Assembly (NCBI RefSeq): GCF_964204645.1
Contig: NC_134027.1
Location: forward strand, 62,001-126,000
Direction: 5' to 3'
Source of the DNA: Tubulanus polymorphus
Lineage: Eukaryota; Animalia; Nemertea
Length of the DNA: 64,000 bases
The position numbers were made by a program, and so were the translations under genes. Numbering within the stretch: position 1 is the stretch's first letter; every line of letters starts with the position of its first letter. Positions 63,527 to 64,000 of the stretch are shown piece by piece. The notes below the pieces were generated by a model that worked only from the letters and a program-made list of their open reading frames with translations, ran no database searches and was not told the DNA's origin.

Positions 63527-64000
63527 GCTCACTGTGTTTTAACGGTGATTCTTTTTTTATAAATGTCACGTGGACACAGCAGTAAACAATAGCGAGGATC
63601 TCCGGACGAATGGAAACATTAAAACACGTAGCATCCATGAATACGTGTATATCAGCAGTAGATTCAGTGAGCAGGTCGCTTTATACTGAATCATTCACCA
63701 GAAAATCATCACTGATTATAACATCAATATTTCTCTTGAAGACAAGAAACGTTTCAAGTTGGTTGAATGGAGAACACAGTGTTGTTGTTAAGGTTAGGGG
63801 GGGGGGGTATTATTAATATGAGCTCACTGATTCCCCCCTCTCCCCCCCTCATCCTTGCCGCCGCGGCAACACCTTTGACAAGTACCAGCGCGTTGCTGGG
63901 TTTAATTATAACGGGTTCAATCAACTGGAAAAATGATTTGCTCCACACTGTCTCAGTGTGTCGCGCGATGTCTAAGATGATGTCGTTACCGAACTGGAGT

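Noticed and set aside
1-64000. Conserved miRNA, rRNA/snRNA genes or an autonomous transposon ORF
   Set aside because: None recognised by eye. An Infernal/Rfam scan and TBLASTN against transposases and reverse transcriptases would be needed to exclude them.

Overview
This is animal genomic DNA, probably from a bilaterian invertebrate (inferred from AT-rich sequence, CpG not globally depleted, and spliceosomal introns). It is not prokaryotic. The main feature is the 5' half of a spalt/SALL zinc-finger gene on the minus strand, which I reconstructed by hand. Exon 1 (35112-35226) begins MSRRKQSNPQHL, the NuRD-binding motif. A 22.9-kb intron follows, then exon 2 (11099-12247; C2HC finger, acidic tract, Q-rich domain) and a 10.1-kb intron. 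Exon 3 (875-1006) encodes the first C2H2 finger and is missing from the ORF track. The gene continues past position 1, and all junctions are GT-AG, phase 1 and in frame. About 20 kb upstream on the same strand lies an intronless class A GPCR of the FMRFamide/sex-peptide-receptor-like group. The rest is non-coding: GA/CT tracts, many minisatellites, small MITEs and tRNA-derived SINE-like heads. The strongest hypotheses are: inverted satellite arrays flanking a stop-free, 3n-length exon 2 (possible circRNA with an endless ORF); a possible in-frame alternative terminal exon giving a NuRD-motif-only peptide; oriented CTCF-like sites around the sal promoter; satellites seeded from one MITE terminal repeat; and a twice-seen minisatellite plus tRNA-head composite. 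All are inferences from sequence alone.
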